A DNA stretch of 64,000 nucleotides from Bilabrum cf. latius (Eukaryota), in contig OZ237744.1 of NCBI GenBank assembly GCA_965178125.1, positions 620,001 to 684,000 on the forward strand, written 5' to 3'. This document shows, piece by piece, positions 1-15,000 of this stretch (its first letter is position 1; every line of letters starts with the position of its first letter). A program made the position numbers and the translations under genes. The notes below the pieces were generated by a model, which had not been told where the DNA came from, searched no databases, and worked only from the letters and a program-made list of their open reading frames with translations.

Positions 1-3000
1 GCCAGTCGTGCACGGACAAACTTCGCTGCGTCTGCGGCACATTGCACAAGCTGCTGGATAGCCTCTACGGATCCCATCTTCCCGCTGTCGTACGACGAGG
101 CATGTCTGTCAAGAAGAACGGGTGAATGCCGTGTCATCTGGCTTGCTGGAGCCATAGATCCCGCCAGCTGGATAGACTTGAGGATTGCAACGCCAGCAGA
201 TCCTTCGTTCGGATGGAGCATGACCTCTTGGATGAGCTGAACGGGGCCGTGGTCAGCGCCCGGCCATGGGAGGTTCGACACAGACACGCACTGCGGCAAT
301 GTTAGGCCAGCCTGGGCCAAGCCGACCCAGTTCACAGTGCGTCGAATTGATACAGCTGTTGCTACAGCAAAGGACGCACCAGTCAGCACACGCACATTAC
401 TAACACGTCCGCGGACCAGGCCACCAACCGCATAGCCATCTGGATCGATCGATCTCGACAGATCCACTGCCACTGACAAGGCTTCATGCGAAGCAAAAGG
501 CTAAACAGAGTCTTTCCAAGCAGTCCTTTCTTCCACTGTTGCATTTGATGGAGCCATTCTCTATAGAAGCTCATACCCTGATGCGGCTTGCACATCTGCG
601 GCGCGCAGCCAACTCGAGCCTGCAGCCGGAATTGGCGATGAGATCGTCACCCCCGGAAGTTGCAGGGGATCCTCCATCCCACCCGATTGCTCCAGCTGTA
701 GCTTCTGTAGCCAATTGCTTCTGCTCGAAATAGTCCAACTCGACACGATGCAGGTGGGCGGGCGATGCCGGCGCACTGACACCACAGCCTCATCGACTGC
801 TGTCTCGCCAGCAGCCGCTCGGCCAAACAGCTCTTCCGACAGCACTTGCTGCATCCTTACGCGCATCGTGTAGGTGACACCGTACACCATACCAGTGAGG
901 CTCGTGGAGACTTCGTCGACGCTTTCAATGGTTGCTGCTTGAAGTGCGTCAGCGCTGCTCTGCGACGTCTCGCCAGCCTCCGGGAACGCCCTAGTCACCT
1001 CCCAAGCCGTGTTCAGCATGTCTAACGGGACGAGAGCGATGCTTCCAGCGGCGCTAATTGACACTTCCGCACTGGTTGACACGGGATGCGCCACCCTGGC
1101 TTTCGCGGCGAGCGGGTCACCCACGTGCACAGATGCTGCCCGCTCAAGGCCATCGATGTCGCGAGCAACAAGACGCATCCTCAGTGCGAAGGGTTTGGCG
1201 GCCTGTGAAGAGCTCGCAGGCTTGTTCCCAGGGACGTATGCCTCCACAAAGGCCGCTGCAGCACCCATCGACTTCGATGGAATCGCATCGCCGTCTGAGG
1301 AGATCGGCGGCACAGGCCCAGGGCAGCCACGGATGCTTTGTCCCGGCTCAGGTCCGGTCTCACCGGCATGCAGAAGAGCCTCCACCCGTTCAGGTCTCAG
1401 CGGAATGCATGGCAGTTGCGAGTCGTCAGGGGAAATGAAAAGTGGCATGATCTCAAAATCTTGGACGGACTGTCCCTGAAGGTCCCACTCCCACCAAACG
1501 GCCTCGATGTCGGAATCAGGGTCAATGGTGCTGGACCCATCCAAGACGTACGCTCGCACTGCTCCACGAGAGTTTCGAACAAGTTCGGGCGATTCCATGG
1601 ATCTTTCTTGCTCTCTTCCAATCATAGCAGGTACACTAGATTGGAGAGCATCAAGATGCGCGGCAAACGCAGGCGGTACGGTGGCATTGGCGCACGTCAT
1701 ATTGGCTGGCACCAGCCCGCTCTGTGTTGAAACACCTTGGCAAAGGTACAGCCATTCACTCATGCCGTCCAAGGACCGGTCTTCAGTGCCAATCCTTGCG
1801 TGGAAGCCAGACGTGCCAGTGCTGTCTCCAGTCTCAGGAATCATTGGATCTGCTTCCACAACAATCTATCCGGATGAAGGGTCGATTTCGAACATTCCAC
1901 GGGGATAAACGGACCTGCTGGCTGAAGGCACAGGGGGCCATGCAATCCGCACAGACACAAACTTGTCATCAAAGCTACCCAACTCGTCATACACCCTCCC
2001 CTACAGCGAGAATCGAGGCCTTCCAAACCAGGGGACAGAGTGAAGATCCAGCAACGATACACCAGGACTGGCAAAGCGACCACCCGTTGCGCGCTACACG
2101 GCTGGTTCATCTACAATTGCGTTCGACCTGCGCTCATTCCCGATTCCGGCTGAAACGGTCACCTGGTCAAAGAAGCCAACAGAGCCCGCATTGAGAGAAA
2201 CGTGCCTCTGTACAGCGAGCCTCCATGCGTCTGTGAGACTCATGGTATCCCAGTCAGGCAGAGCGACTGGAACGTTTCGCAAGATTTGCGTAGCAGATGT
2301 TGAGTTTGAGGTTTCATTCTTGAATGACTCGCCAGCCGCTACTATACTCGTCGCAGCGGTGGAGTTAAGCCATGGCCTAGTCGCGTTGGGGCTCCAATAC
2401 AGACTGCAGTTGATTCCAATCTCTGCTGCATGACTCATCAGAATGCGGTCGACAGCAGATGCATTTGCAGATGAATTATTAAGCCGATGCCACAGACTGG
2501 CGCATATGCTGGCGTTCCTTTCCCAGTTCGAAATCCAGTTCTGCGCATCGGCAGTGATGCCGTCTCGGCGGCTCAATTCTTCCAAGGCAGCTACGTTCAC
2601 CCCGAAGCCCGGATGCCAAAGCATGGAGAGGCCTGTCAAGCGCAACGCCTCAACAACGGCGAGATCGTGCCAGTGTGATTGCACCGTAGCGTTGAATTCA
2701 GCAGTGCTTCCATTGCACAAATCGATCAAGGGCTCGCTGTCATTGCCGCGGATCAGCTGCTGTGCAGAGCTCAGAAGGCCGTCTCGGATGGACCACACCC
2801 CAGGCAACGTGCATGAATTCGACGAGTTTCCAAGAACCACCATCAGCGCTCGCTCAAGCGCAGCCTCATCCGGCAGAGCGCCCAGCAATTCAGTGCGTCG
2901 GGCTACCCAAGCATACTCGAAGATCTCGCCATCTCTATCAACCGACTTCTACAAGTCTAGCATGCTGACAGCAGAGGCATTAGCGGCCAGGCCATCTGGA

Positions 3001-6000
3001 GAGTCGTAGGCCTGCCCCCTCGATCGATCAGCAGTCTGTTCTGCTTCAAGGCTGCCCGCAATGATGCGGGTCAAGTCAACCGGGGCCACATCTCTCGACC
3101 AGCGCGTGCGTGAAAGCTCCGAGTACTGGCGTGCAGCGTGCTAAACAGCCGTTTCTAAGAAGCCGGGAAGGCTGTCTTCTTGTTGCACCCTATGCTCAGT
3201 TAGCATTGAAATGCCTTGAAGGCTGGTAGCTCCACCGCGTCGGGTCCGAGCAGCGGTGGCAGCTAGAATTGCGTCTGCCGCCACGACATACTCGTTTGAA
3301 GGAATGACCTCAGAAGGCAAAGACAACGGGGCTTCTCGAAGCAGACCAGCTCCAGCTCGATACAGGCCGCTCGAAGCATCACTGCCATTCAAGATGTTTG
3401 ACGCCCTGGCTTCAACAGCAAGTAGCGACGACGCAGCGTCGCCGAACGCAACTGCTATGGGTTTTTGGTTGTAGGCCATTCCAAACTGCGTGAGATGGCA
3501 CAGGTGCACAGAGTAGAGCTTCTTCTCGAAATCGATTCGCTCCCACTGTGGATCACACGTCTCCCGTGCGTGGATCCACTTCTCCTCCTCTGTATCCCAC
3601 AGGTGCAGCGCTGGGGCCCAGTCCTTGGCATCCGGCGCCTCCTCGACGGACGGGTCGTCATCTTGCTGTAGGCGGTCAAGCAGCGAGCCAACATCGTAGG
3701 CAAACGAGAGCACGATGGGTTTGTCGAACTGAAATCCTTCGATCTCCGAGCCGTTGCTGTCCTTCATCTTGATTGTAAATGAGTACCCGTCAAACTTCAA
3801 GTTGTTGCGTGGGGCTGTGGTCTTCAAGGGGTCCACCACATCCGGGTCTGACTCAACTTCATCTTCGTCGATCACACCGGCTTCAATCTTGCTTCCTGGT
3901 GGCGCTTGCACTGCGCCAGGCGGAATGACGATGCCTCCCGTTGTGGCGGGGGCACTGCTTCCATCTTCCCCATCCTGGCACTCGCCACTGGTGCAAACCA
4001 TGTCAAAGCCCATGGCCGTCGTCTCAGTGTCCGAAGGAACCATTTCATTCTTACCGAGTGTCATTCCATCGGTCCAGAAGGGTGCCGAAACGAGACCTGC
4101 ATGGTTCCAGGCCCTCAGCACCATTGCAATTCGGTCGCCTCGCTTGAGGCCTTCGAGGTTCAAATTCGCCATAAATCCGTTGTCTTCACAGCAGGACTAT
4201 TGACCCAGAACCGACGGATCGCTGGCAACGGGGTTGGCCTAGCGTGCTTCACCGACCCCGCCTTCACTGAGCAAGCGGTTGCCGGCATCTTCAAATCGCA
4301 CGACCCAATCCTCGTCTGTGATATTGCCAAGTGCAGACTCCCACAAGCTTGCGATTCGAGCCCTTTCATCTGGGTGCATTGATACTATGGCCGCCTCGTG
4401 CCCAAAACTCCATGTCCCTGATTCGTTGGAAGTGACGTTTGGGTTGGCGGGGGCCTACCACGAACTATTCAGCCCCACCGCTTCACTAGCGTTGCGAAGG
4501 ATGTTCATTGCCTCCCCATCGATGCGAATGACACCAAATTCGATAGAAGACACGCCACTTTCCCCGTCATCGGTTCGCCAGTTGCCAAAGTAGGCGTCTA
4601 TGAATGATGCCGTGTCAATGTCCGGACCACCGAAGCCATCGTGTGCCCAAAGAATACGAGGCGGAGTGGAGTCTGTCGCAAAGCCATCAGAGGATACCAG
4701 CGTCACAAGACCAGCAAAGTTAACAGCTGCAACACACGTGTAGTAATACTGCCCATCTTCCAGTGCAACATCAAAGCCAAACGAGGTGTTCATGCCAGCG
4801 TATTGCAAAGGAACAATGTCGAAGTCCGAGGAAATATCAAAACTAGTGGCCTCCAAGTCTCGCCAGACCTCAGGAAGCTAAGGTGACTGCGGACCAAAGT
4901 TAGATTCAGTTGTAATTACCCCACTTTCTTCATCCAAGCTTTGCTATACGTCTCGGGTAGAATCAGCATCGCTGCCCTCATTTGCCTCAGCAAACTCGGT
5001 GTCGCCTTCGTATCGAACAATCCAGCCTGCATTGCGCCATGACCTAGCTTCAGCTCTCGACTGGGGTACTGTTCGATGCAGTTGGTCATCGCACGGTCGA
5101 GTGGCAAGCCCAACAAGGTAGGCAGCGACTTGCGATTCATCGTCCCTGAACGGTGGCCATGCCACTCGGAGTCCGGAGTCAAGCCGCGCAGTTCCGTCCG
5201 CATCTTCGTCTTCCGCACTACCTCCCAAGTCTATAATTGGACCAGTTGGAACAGGAGGCGTGTCATCTACCAGGAACTCGTCGCTTGGTCTCTCGAGGTA
5301 CGCACCGGACGATGTAATGCCACGAACTTGCAGCACGTACGTGGCACCGTTCTACATGGTCAAGTTCGTCCGAGTAGTCTCAAAAGCCGCTTGTCCAGCC
5401 CCATGGTGACCAGTACCACCAACACTTGCGGAAGAAGGCCGACCAGCGCACTCATCACCCTCCGTACAGGCAGAGCACTAGGTTGACAGGCCCCCATGTG
5501 ATCGCAGCAGGGTAGCAAAACCATCATACTCACTGTTCAATGTCGCCCAGTCGGACGGTGGCAGCAGAGCGCTAGTCTACCCGAAGGACACCTCTGACTC
5601 AAAATCAACATCTGTGGCGTTTAAGGTTGCATTGATGCCACCTACTCGGTCTACAAACCCGCACGGTGCGCAGAAGTACGGCACAGCTGGCCAAACGGAA
5701 TCCGCTTTTCTTGAACGCCGCACCTGGTCTCTACTACAGTGTGCGGTAAAATGCACTCTGCCTCGACCTTCAGCCTTGGAACGGGCGTATTCGAGGCTGC
5801 GAAGCAAGGTACTGTCCACAAGGGACTGCTCGCTGAGCGTAGCAACGCCATCGCCGAGCTGAGCTGCCACTGCAGCAACAACATCAGAACCCGCGTTGAA
5901 GTCGTCATGCGATGTGCCACGCCAACTGCCCACAGCCGGGGCAGTTGAGACACCCTGCAGTACTCCGGTAGGAGATACATCAACTGTTGCCGCGCTGTGC

Positions 6001-9000
6001 GCCACTAACAGCTGCTGGATTGCACTGGGATGCCAGATGGTATCATTTGGCTAGACTGGCAGCACTGGTTGGGACGGCTGTCCCTCACCAGGAATGCTGC
6101 CTGGATCGGACCCTCCTGACTGCCGGGAGTCTGCCTGCAGCTTCGACCTCTGAGCTTGGAGGCCAGAATAGCTCCCGGCGGGGTGCGAAGAAGGCAGCAG
6201 TCGGCCGACGACATGGCAGGGCGGTGCGTCCTCGTCTACCCCGGATCCCAAGAATCCAGCTGGCTGAACCGCAAGAACCGTTATCAAGCTAGCACGCTCT
6301 GCAAAGTCGAAATGTCCAGACTCTTCGTGTGATACGTTAAATAGCAGGCTCGGAACAACCTGCTCCGTGACGAACACTAGCGCCTCAGCAGATTCAGATG
6401 GGTCCCTTGCTACGGGAGACTGCACCTGGCTATACTGCTCAAGGCCTGCGTCTCGCAGCGAACGCATTGTGTGCAGATAGGCGTGGGAGCTCGATCCTGC
6501 CCTGTCTCTGCTGCTACGCAGCTTGAGCACATCCATGGTGGCCCCTGCCGCACCACCCACTTCCACGCCAGCGTAGTGGCACCTCAACTCCGGCTTGTCT
6601 TGGGAGTCATGGCCGTACACGTACACCCGGCCTTCCATAGCATCTCCACCAAATGGATTACTCACTGCAAGAATATCGTCTCTGCCAGCTATTGCCGCAC
6701 CGAAGCCAACTCGCTGCAGTATTGACACTTCATCACCAGTGGCCCGGACCCCTAGGCTACCCGGAGCTACATTGGAAACATCGGGTTCGACCAAGCGGGC
6801 TACGACGGATACCCTTGGAATCTGGTCACGACCGGTTTCCGCACAGCTGCTAGCAGCAAATGAAACATAGTTAGAGAAAGAGCCGTTATGCACGGCATGG
6901 TCAGCGGCTGCATAGACCGGTCCATCGTCACGACAAACTGTACCGGACTCGAGGCTGCTTGACAGCACAGTCACATGTCCCTGAACGAGACTTTCCTTAT
7001 CCACGAGACGAAGCGACGTCTTTCTTCTACCAGTTGCGGCCAGCATTGACGCTACAGCAGAGATGCCGTCATGCAGCACGATCGAGGTGGCGACTGCCAG
7101 CTGGTAGGTTGCCTTCCCCTCAAAACTTCTACTGGAGAGCACAGAGGTCGATGCACCGAATCGAGGCTCAATCAGCCGACTCGTCGTATTGCTCCACAGA
7201 GACGAACCAGAATTCATGGCAGAACCAGCCGGTAGAGACTCTTGCATGTGAACACAGCTCCCATTGGTCCATGCGGCCCTGTGCAGTGCGCCAGGATGAG
7301 TGTGCGGGCCCACAACGCTAGAAACGGGAGCTGGCATGCACAGCTCAACAGCGCCAGGCACAAGCAGAACGTTGCGGCCGTTCGTGGCGTCACTGGACAG
7401 AATAGCTTGATCAGCAGCTCCTGACCACGCAAACATGCCAAGGGCATCGTCGATCCTGTGCCCCACAGCCAGTGACCACGGGAAAGCAGCTTCAGGCAGC
7501 ACAGCAGCTGCGGCAGCCGCCGACCCGACCCATGCACTAGAGTAGCTTACTGAGGCAGAGCTTGCCACAGCATTGCTTGAAACTTGAACGTGCAGTGCTG
7601 GGGCGGCCATGCTGCTGTTTCGCAGCTAAATCCGGCCAGTAGCCTTGCGCGCTCGCAGCAAATCGAAAGACACCTCAGCATGAGGTAGCGTACTCGAGGA
7701 TCCACGCGCACGCGCCTCCAGTAGAGCAGCTGCCCCCTCTTCCGTGGCTGCGAGCAGCAGTGCAGGCATTGCAATCGTGTCATGACTCGATCGATATCTA
7801 GATCCTGAAACTCTGCCACCGCAGGCAAGCCTGGCAGTCTGCGCACTTGCGATCCGGCCAGGCGACGAAGCAACGGAGACTATCGTTCCAATAGAGCTAA
7901 TGCGACCAGTATCATTTGAAGCGAGCTCAACTGAAGCCGCTGGAACGTCGCTGCGATGGAGTGGAAGTAGCTGCAGCTCGCCATGACTCCCAACGGCGGC
8001 ATAAAGCACCGCGGGCACTGCAAGATCTCCGTGAGAAGACAACTTCGAGGCAGCCATCAAGATGAGGTCGTTGCGAATGGGCTGAAGCAAGCTTCTGGTT
8101 CGTGACCCTGCCAACCAATCAGACCCAGCCTCTGAAACGTCAACTACAAATGTACCGGTTGACTCGATGGCGGTAGCAAGACGACAAGCTGCCGCCGATG
8201 GGGCTTGTCCACCATCAAATGCATCACTAAAATCCCAACTAATGGAGACGGCGCCTCCATGACCAAAGCCTCTGCTCGTCGAAATCCCAGTGCGGCCAGA
8301 CCTTGCCGGTGCCAGTGCAACATCCTCGGTGCCATCCCAGACGTCCCTCGCTCCTGGCATGCCTTGCACAGGTAAGAAGCCGTCACTGCAGCAAGGACCA
8401 CTTGATGGCACAAACTCAGATACAGTTTTGAAGCCAAAGCGCTTGAACTCGAACTCACCCTAGAGCGGCTCATTGCTTGGTCCAGATACAACAGACTCCG
8501 GGATTTCCACAACAACAGAGCCGTTAGAATCCAACCCATTCGCACCCACCTCATCAAATTCAACTTCTGTTGAGTTGTTTGACACCGTGGACGAGTCATT
8601 GCCAGGCTGCGTCTTGTTGTCGTCGTTCTTGGCAGAGTGCACATCAATCATGTACATGACGGTCGAAGCCGCAGTCGCGCGGAACTCTGGCGGCTCGGCG
8701 TCGTCAGGTCCCGAGTCGAGGGTGCTTGCGATATCACCGAAGCCTTGCAGCTCTGGACAAATAAGGGCTTGCAACTCGCTACCTGGTTGCAGCGAAGCTG
8801 GATCTAAAATGTGCATGAGCTAGGCGGTGACATCTTGAGTCGAAGCGATGATTGCAGAAGGTCCGTCACTCTCCGCGTTGGACGATGGGTTCTAGCTCCC
8901 GGTAGACTCCTCGACTACGCCCTCAGCCGGAAGGTCGTCTTGCGAGGCTTGCTAATCGAAAGAGTCTGTCGATCCTCTAGCTCCTTGCAACAGCTCTTCA

Positions 9001-12000
9001 AAATTTACTCCACTTCTGTTGAAGGCGACTTCCACCTTCGCAAATATCTGATCGCGGCGCTGCACTTCGACGATTCGAACTCGTCCGAAGCATGGCAGCC
9101 CACCGCCCTCGACGACTACTCCATCACTGACCGCCTCTGACATACCGCCTGCCTTGTTCCACACACGAACCGCACACGCATAAACCTCACCACGATTCAA
9201 GTCAAGTCCACCAAAAGTGACAGTTGCCAGTCCCAGCGAGTCCGTCCAGTCGGCCACAACCTCACCACCCCACCAGTTGGCTGCTGGCGACAAGGCACCG
9301 TTTGAAGTAGCTGAAGCAACAACACTTCCATCTATTGGGTCTGCAGGACGATCCGTGGGTAGCTCGGATGACGTTGCATTGCCATCCGCGTCCACTTCAA
9401 AGGTTGGCCTGTTGGATGCCAAGTCCTCAAACTGTCTACTGCCTCCAAACCGGTCGCTGGAAGAGACCAAGCGCACAACAGAAAATTGCGCAGTGTCGAG
9501 ACCGGATTCATCGTCAGACCAGCCCGAAAGGCCGCACTGGATCGTGTTCAATGATGCAGTAAAATCAACATCCGAGGCTAGCGGTATAGACCCCGGGTGG
9601 CCGCGTAGTCTAGCAAGATCCCATGAGCTGTATAGACCAGCCTTCAGCGTAGGAGCATCGTCTTCATCTGAAGCGTCCTCACCGGGCCTTTCAAATGTCG
9701 AGTTCAAAGTGCTATTCTAGTCTCGGACTGGCGAGCCTCGAGTACTGCTGTTTCCTTCAAACTTGGTGGTCTGGACAGCATCCAGGGTAAGGACGCCTCT
9801 GGGATCGATGGTGCTGTTGTTCGACAATACCGCATCAGCTGCGCCCTGTCCTTCTTCAACGACGAGGTCATCACCAGGCAGCAGGTCTAGCACACCGCTA
9901 CCGAAGCCACTGTGAACCCTAGGCGGCGATGAGTCAACAACCAGACGTCCAGAGAATACTGTTCGATTCAGGCCAGCTTTGTTGGCTGCAATGACCGTAG
10001 CATACAGACTGGTACCGTCCGTAATGTTTAAGTCCGCAACCCAAACATAGAACGCGAGAGGTTGGGGTGGCTGGACGGTTTCGCTGGCGCGGTTTTGCAG
10101 CGATTCAGCAATCTAGTCAGCCAGCGACTGGTTCGTACCCGATAGCTGCGTTTCTTCTTGCACTCGAGGTGTTAGAGCAGCTTCAGCGTAAATTTGGAGC
10201 GGCAGAATATCATCGCCGCCTTCGACGGTACCAACGGAAACGAAGAACCGCAAGGGTGGCACTGTGAGGTCTCGCCCTTGCAGCTGCGGGCTGCTGACAA
10301 GATTGTCTTCGAAGGCGCCAACGTCTGCTATGGACTCTGGGTCAAAGAAGGACAAAAACTTGAATGCCACTTGCGTGCTTGATCTCTAGTACTGCACAGG
10401 CTGCAGCAATCCGAGCTCTCTGACCTGATCCTCTGTCAAGGCAACTTGCACTGCAGTGCTGGCTGACGTGTCGTTCTGGCCTGCGCTTGATCCTTCAAGC
10501 AGTACATCCGGAGCTACGTCATCAAGTGATAGCCCATCCACCTGCAAAAATTCTACCAAGCCGCCTTCAGGTGGGGAGTCGTCAAGACGACCACTGACAC
10601 CTCGAGTCATCTCCACACCAGCGCCGTTGACGAGGCCCATGGTGACGTGGAATACAAAACCAATCTCTGGGGGAAGCCCAGCTGCGTGTCGAGCTCGCAC
10701 TCGATCGTGACGTGCCGCTCGGGCAGCTCCGAACCGGAACAGCGAAGCAAGTGTATCGTCAGGGGTCAGAGACCTGGTCACAAGGCTTGCGTTGTCAAAA
10801 ACCGGCTGAGCGTCGCCGATAGAGTCCAACAAGCTGACCTAACCAACAGCCAAAACGTTGGCTGGTAACTGCTAGCATGGCAGAAGGTCACTGCCGCCGA
10901 CCTCAGACCCAACACACCACCAGGCCTTCTTGATGCCAGACTCAGGGTCACTTACTCCCTGCCAATGAAATGATAAGTCGGACCATCGGCCCAACCAGGC
11001 ATTTGTCTTGAGTACTTGCACGACCGGTGGACTTGGGTCGGCAACAAAACCCGGAGAGCGGGCCTCACACCACATGTTGCCTTGATCAAACCCACGGACA
11101 TGTGCCTGGTAGGTGATTCCTGGCCGCAAGGAGAGGCCACCAGCCCCCCCATCAGAACTATCACCGGCATCAGTCCACCCGAGAGGACATTCGGTTCCAG
11201 CAACGTTACACACCCGGAAATAGTACCTCGAAATCGATGTGTCTGCATCTGTCCAACCACCACCGTGCCATGCAACGCTCGAAGCATCTCGTGTGAAAGC
11301 AATCCCGCTGCTGCGAGCAGATGAAGTGAGCTGCCTGACTCCATCCCGGACCCAGGCATTCTCGCAATTCGGCGGGTCAACGTCAACCACAACTCCGTCA
11401 GATGCGAATCGGACTACGCGACCGGCACCATTCTCCACCCAAATTGAAGCAAAATACCGACCCCGAGCCTGCAGTGGCAGCCGGGTAAATGTCACATTGC
11501 CGGTAGGATCAGCGATGGCAGCCTCAGAGGAAAGTTCTGGCTATCCAGAAATGACGTGCTTGGCGACGACATCATCAGCGAACGGCTGTCGGCCAAGAGC
11601 CATCCAAATGCGAATCACACCACTCTCCGCATCTACAATGTCAGACCAAGCCACCGCGAGCTGCTGCTGATCGAACGTCACGGCGAGGTCAACAGGGACG
11701 CCCTGATCATCGAACACACGAGTCGTGGCCCCAGCGATGTCGGAGCGCGACGCTGGGGGCTGCGAAGGCAAGCGTGCTGCTACAGAATCCCCACTCGGCA
11801 GTGTCACGTTTTCTACTTTCGCAGGCAGGGCGTTTGCAGATGCGTTAAGGAGCTGAACTGCCGGATCGCTGCCAGCTGCTGACGCAACTCCACCTGGCCC
11901 TCCAGGGGCAGCAACATCTGCGAGGACACCAATCTGCGGAGGGGATAGGTCGAGTTGAGATGCATCGGAGCAGTCGAATAGCGACCGTCCAGCCCTGTTG

Positions 12001-15000
12001 ACCAGGCGCAGGCAGGCAACAAAAGAGATTCTGGAGCTACCATCATCGCTGAGCACTGCATCCCGGCCTGCTGCCGTCAGCACCGCTGCCCCTTCAGACA
12101 AAAGACTGCCTACAGATACACTTCCCTATGTCGCAGGAACAGAGGCACAGCTGACATAACCAGACGGATCCACCGACGAAGGACCAATGCAAATCTGCGC
12201 TGTTCCTATGCCGCTGTCATCGTCCGTGAATCCATGGAAATCTACCTGTACCTCGTCCCAGGATGCGAAAAAACGCCGGCTCATTGAAAGTGTAGCAGTA
12301 GGTAAGGCAACTGGGTCTGTCACGTCTACCGTAAAACCGTCACTCTCAAACGTGGACTGGTGACCTGCTCCATCAGTTGCTCGCAGCAGAGCAACATATC
12401 GAGCACCATCAGTCAGCCTTCGGCTCACGTCGACCTGGGCCTCCCCGATGACCACACCAGGCACCGGTACCGCAACTTGCCCGAGTGGTGTCCCCGCAGA
12501 CTGCAGTTCGGCCCCGCTTGATTCCTCCGCGCCGGTCACGATGGCACCATGAGCACCTCCAACGACAGTCCATGGCAATGGGCACGCTTCAGTGGGCTCA
12601 ATTCCTGCCGGGTTCGCGCCTGGTGCACACAGTGCGATTTCGACAGCAGCGATTCCGGATCCGTACTCGTCATCCTGAAGCACCCACGCAATCGTGAACT
12701 AGTCATCCATTTGAACGAAATCAGAATCCATCTATCTGACAGCTCTGATAACATATCTTGAATCGATTGGATTTGCAGATGCGTTCATAGGAGAATCTGC
12801 GCCTGATGAAACGCTGGGGTCCAACGCCCTGGCAAGCGGATTCCAGCGCAAAGAGGCCACACCCATGTCATTGATCGCAACTGTTGGTGGGGGTGACAGG
12901 ACATCGGCGATCGTGAAGGCGTTGCCGTTGGTGCTCTCCTGACTGGAGTCCAACAGTGACTCCAGTGCTGACTTCGCTGTTCCGAAAATGACTGCCCCAC
13001 TTGGGCTTGCAGGAGTTGAAACTGCCCCTAACTCACGAATCAGCTCGGCTTGCATCGATGAATCGACCACTAGCACATCACTCAATGCACCAGCAACAGG
13101 CCCTTGCGAGTCAACAGCAAGTGACTAGCTGAAAAACACGGATTCCTACCCAGCCCCATTCGTCAGCACAACTACAGCTACGTAGTTGCCGCTGGAAGAG
13201 GCATCGTGCGGCTTGAGCTGGACCTGGTCTATTAATACAACCTCATCTTCAGCAGCAGGCAGCTGGCCAAGCTAATACCTCGCAACTACAGTGCTGGCCA
13301 GCTTGGCTTGAGCGCACTCAGGGCGACTACTGGACATTGCATGAACCAATGTGTGAGCGCGTGACCGGTCGGCTACACACTGCGCAGTCGACTGTGACGA
13401 TCGCAACAAGGTCTGGCATTGGTGCTCGCCACTTAGATTCGGGCACTCCCAAATTGATACTAGACCTTGAACAACCGCAGACTCAGCATCGCCGATACCG
13501 TGCCATGCAACGGCCACGGCAGGGTCTGCGCTAAGGGCGAGCAAAGCACTTTGGCGAGACTAATCAAGCGACTAGGCACTTACGAAGTACACACCAGGCT
13601 CAGCAAGCTGATCTCCAGACTGGGTAGCGCTCCCGAAATCTCCGGGTCGCGCCATGTTGGTTAGACTGCTTGGAGACATTAGAGTAACATGCAGTTCATC
13701 AGGCCTAATTCGGTCCCCAGAAAGTCGCACCGGCGGCGTTGGGTCAATCTGAAACGGACCGAACGACTGGGCTGAGGCTAAGCCAGAATCGCCAATGGCA
13801 ACAATAGTCATGAAATATTCAGCACCAGTCCTGTTTGTGCTTAAAACCGCAGAAGCGTTCAGAAGAGAGCCTTTGCCGTCGATGCAGACGGGGCAACACG
13901 TTCTTGATGCGGCCACCTCTGAGCAAACTGAAGCCAATGAAACTCGCAGCAGGTCGCTTGCGCCCTGTCCGCGAACCACGCCGATTGCTTTCTCAGGAAC
14001 TGCCAACAGTGGCATAATATCGTCGAACCCGGGGGCAAATCCGATGGACCAATCGTACCCAACCACCCCACTGCCCAACGTATCATCGAACGGGGCGAAC
14101 TCGAGCGATGCCGCCTCGAGGGAGGGTGCAAATAAGGTCGAATCTGAATCAGGAACCTGTGCTGCTGCACTAGGAGCAACAGTTGTGTGCACAAAACCAT
14201 CCGAAACTTGGACAGATTGCAGCCCTAAAGCATCGACTACTCTGACAAAAGACACATAGGCCACTCCACCTTGCAATTCGGATCGCGATGTACCGGCTTG
14301 GCCATGAACGGCCAGGGCTGGCCCGAGCACTGGGTCTAGGTACGACCCACTGCTGTCCTTAGGAACCAACATACTAGTCCACGGAACAACGCATGAATGC
14401 ATGCCAGGCGGCATAGGCTGGCCGACCTGAGGCTCTCGAACAAATCTAGAGGTATCGTCGGCCGCATCGAGAGCCATCGACGCGGTTGTAGAAATACCGC
14501 ACACGGTCCACTCTGCAGCAATGACCGGGGTAGTCGAAGCGTCAACGCCAAGCGCTGTTTCATTCCTCTATAAAAGCTGCTCATTGATACTGCGCGACGC
14601 ACGGATATCAGATATGAGTGCAGTTACGCCAATGATCCCAGGGTCTGCCCAAGCATCAACATCTCGAGGCGCACTTGGACCGCAAGCAGCAGTTGAAGAG
14701 CATGCTGCAATGCTGCCAGCATCTAACACTTGCAGAATATCAGGGGAGTCCCCAGCCAGTGCAGCCGTAAGAGCTACGGCTGAAGTTTCCCCAGCAGCGT
14801 TGGTAGCGTCGACAACAACTGTCACTCCATCAAATCCATCCATCCTAGGCAGGTGCTCATCCAAGGAATACCACCCACGAAGCCCGGCTGGTAGCCAATC
14901 GCTGTCTACAATCTACTCTCGGGTACTACATGGCGACATGAAGTCCAGCGAATCTACTCGAATAAGGCGCGATCGGGGGGCCATTTGGGACGATACAGCA

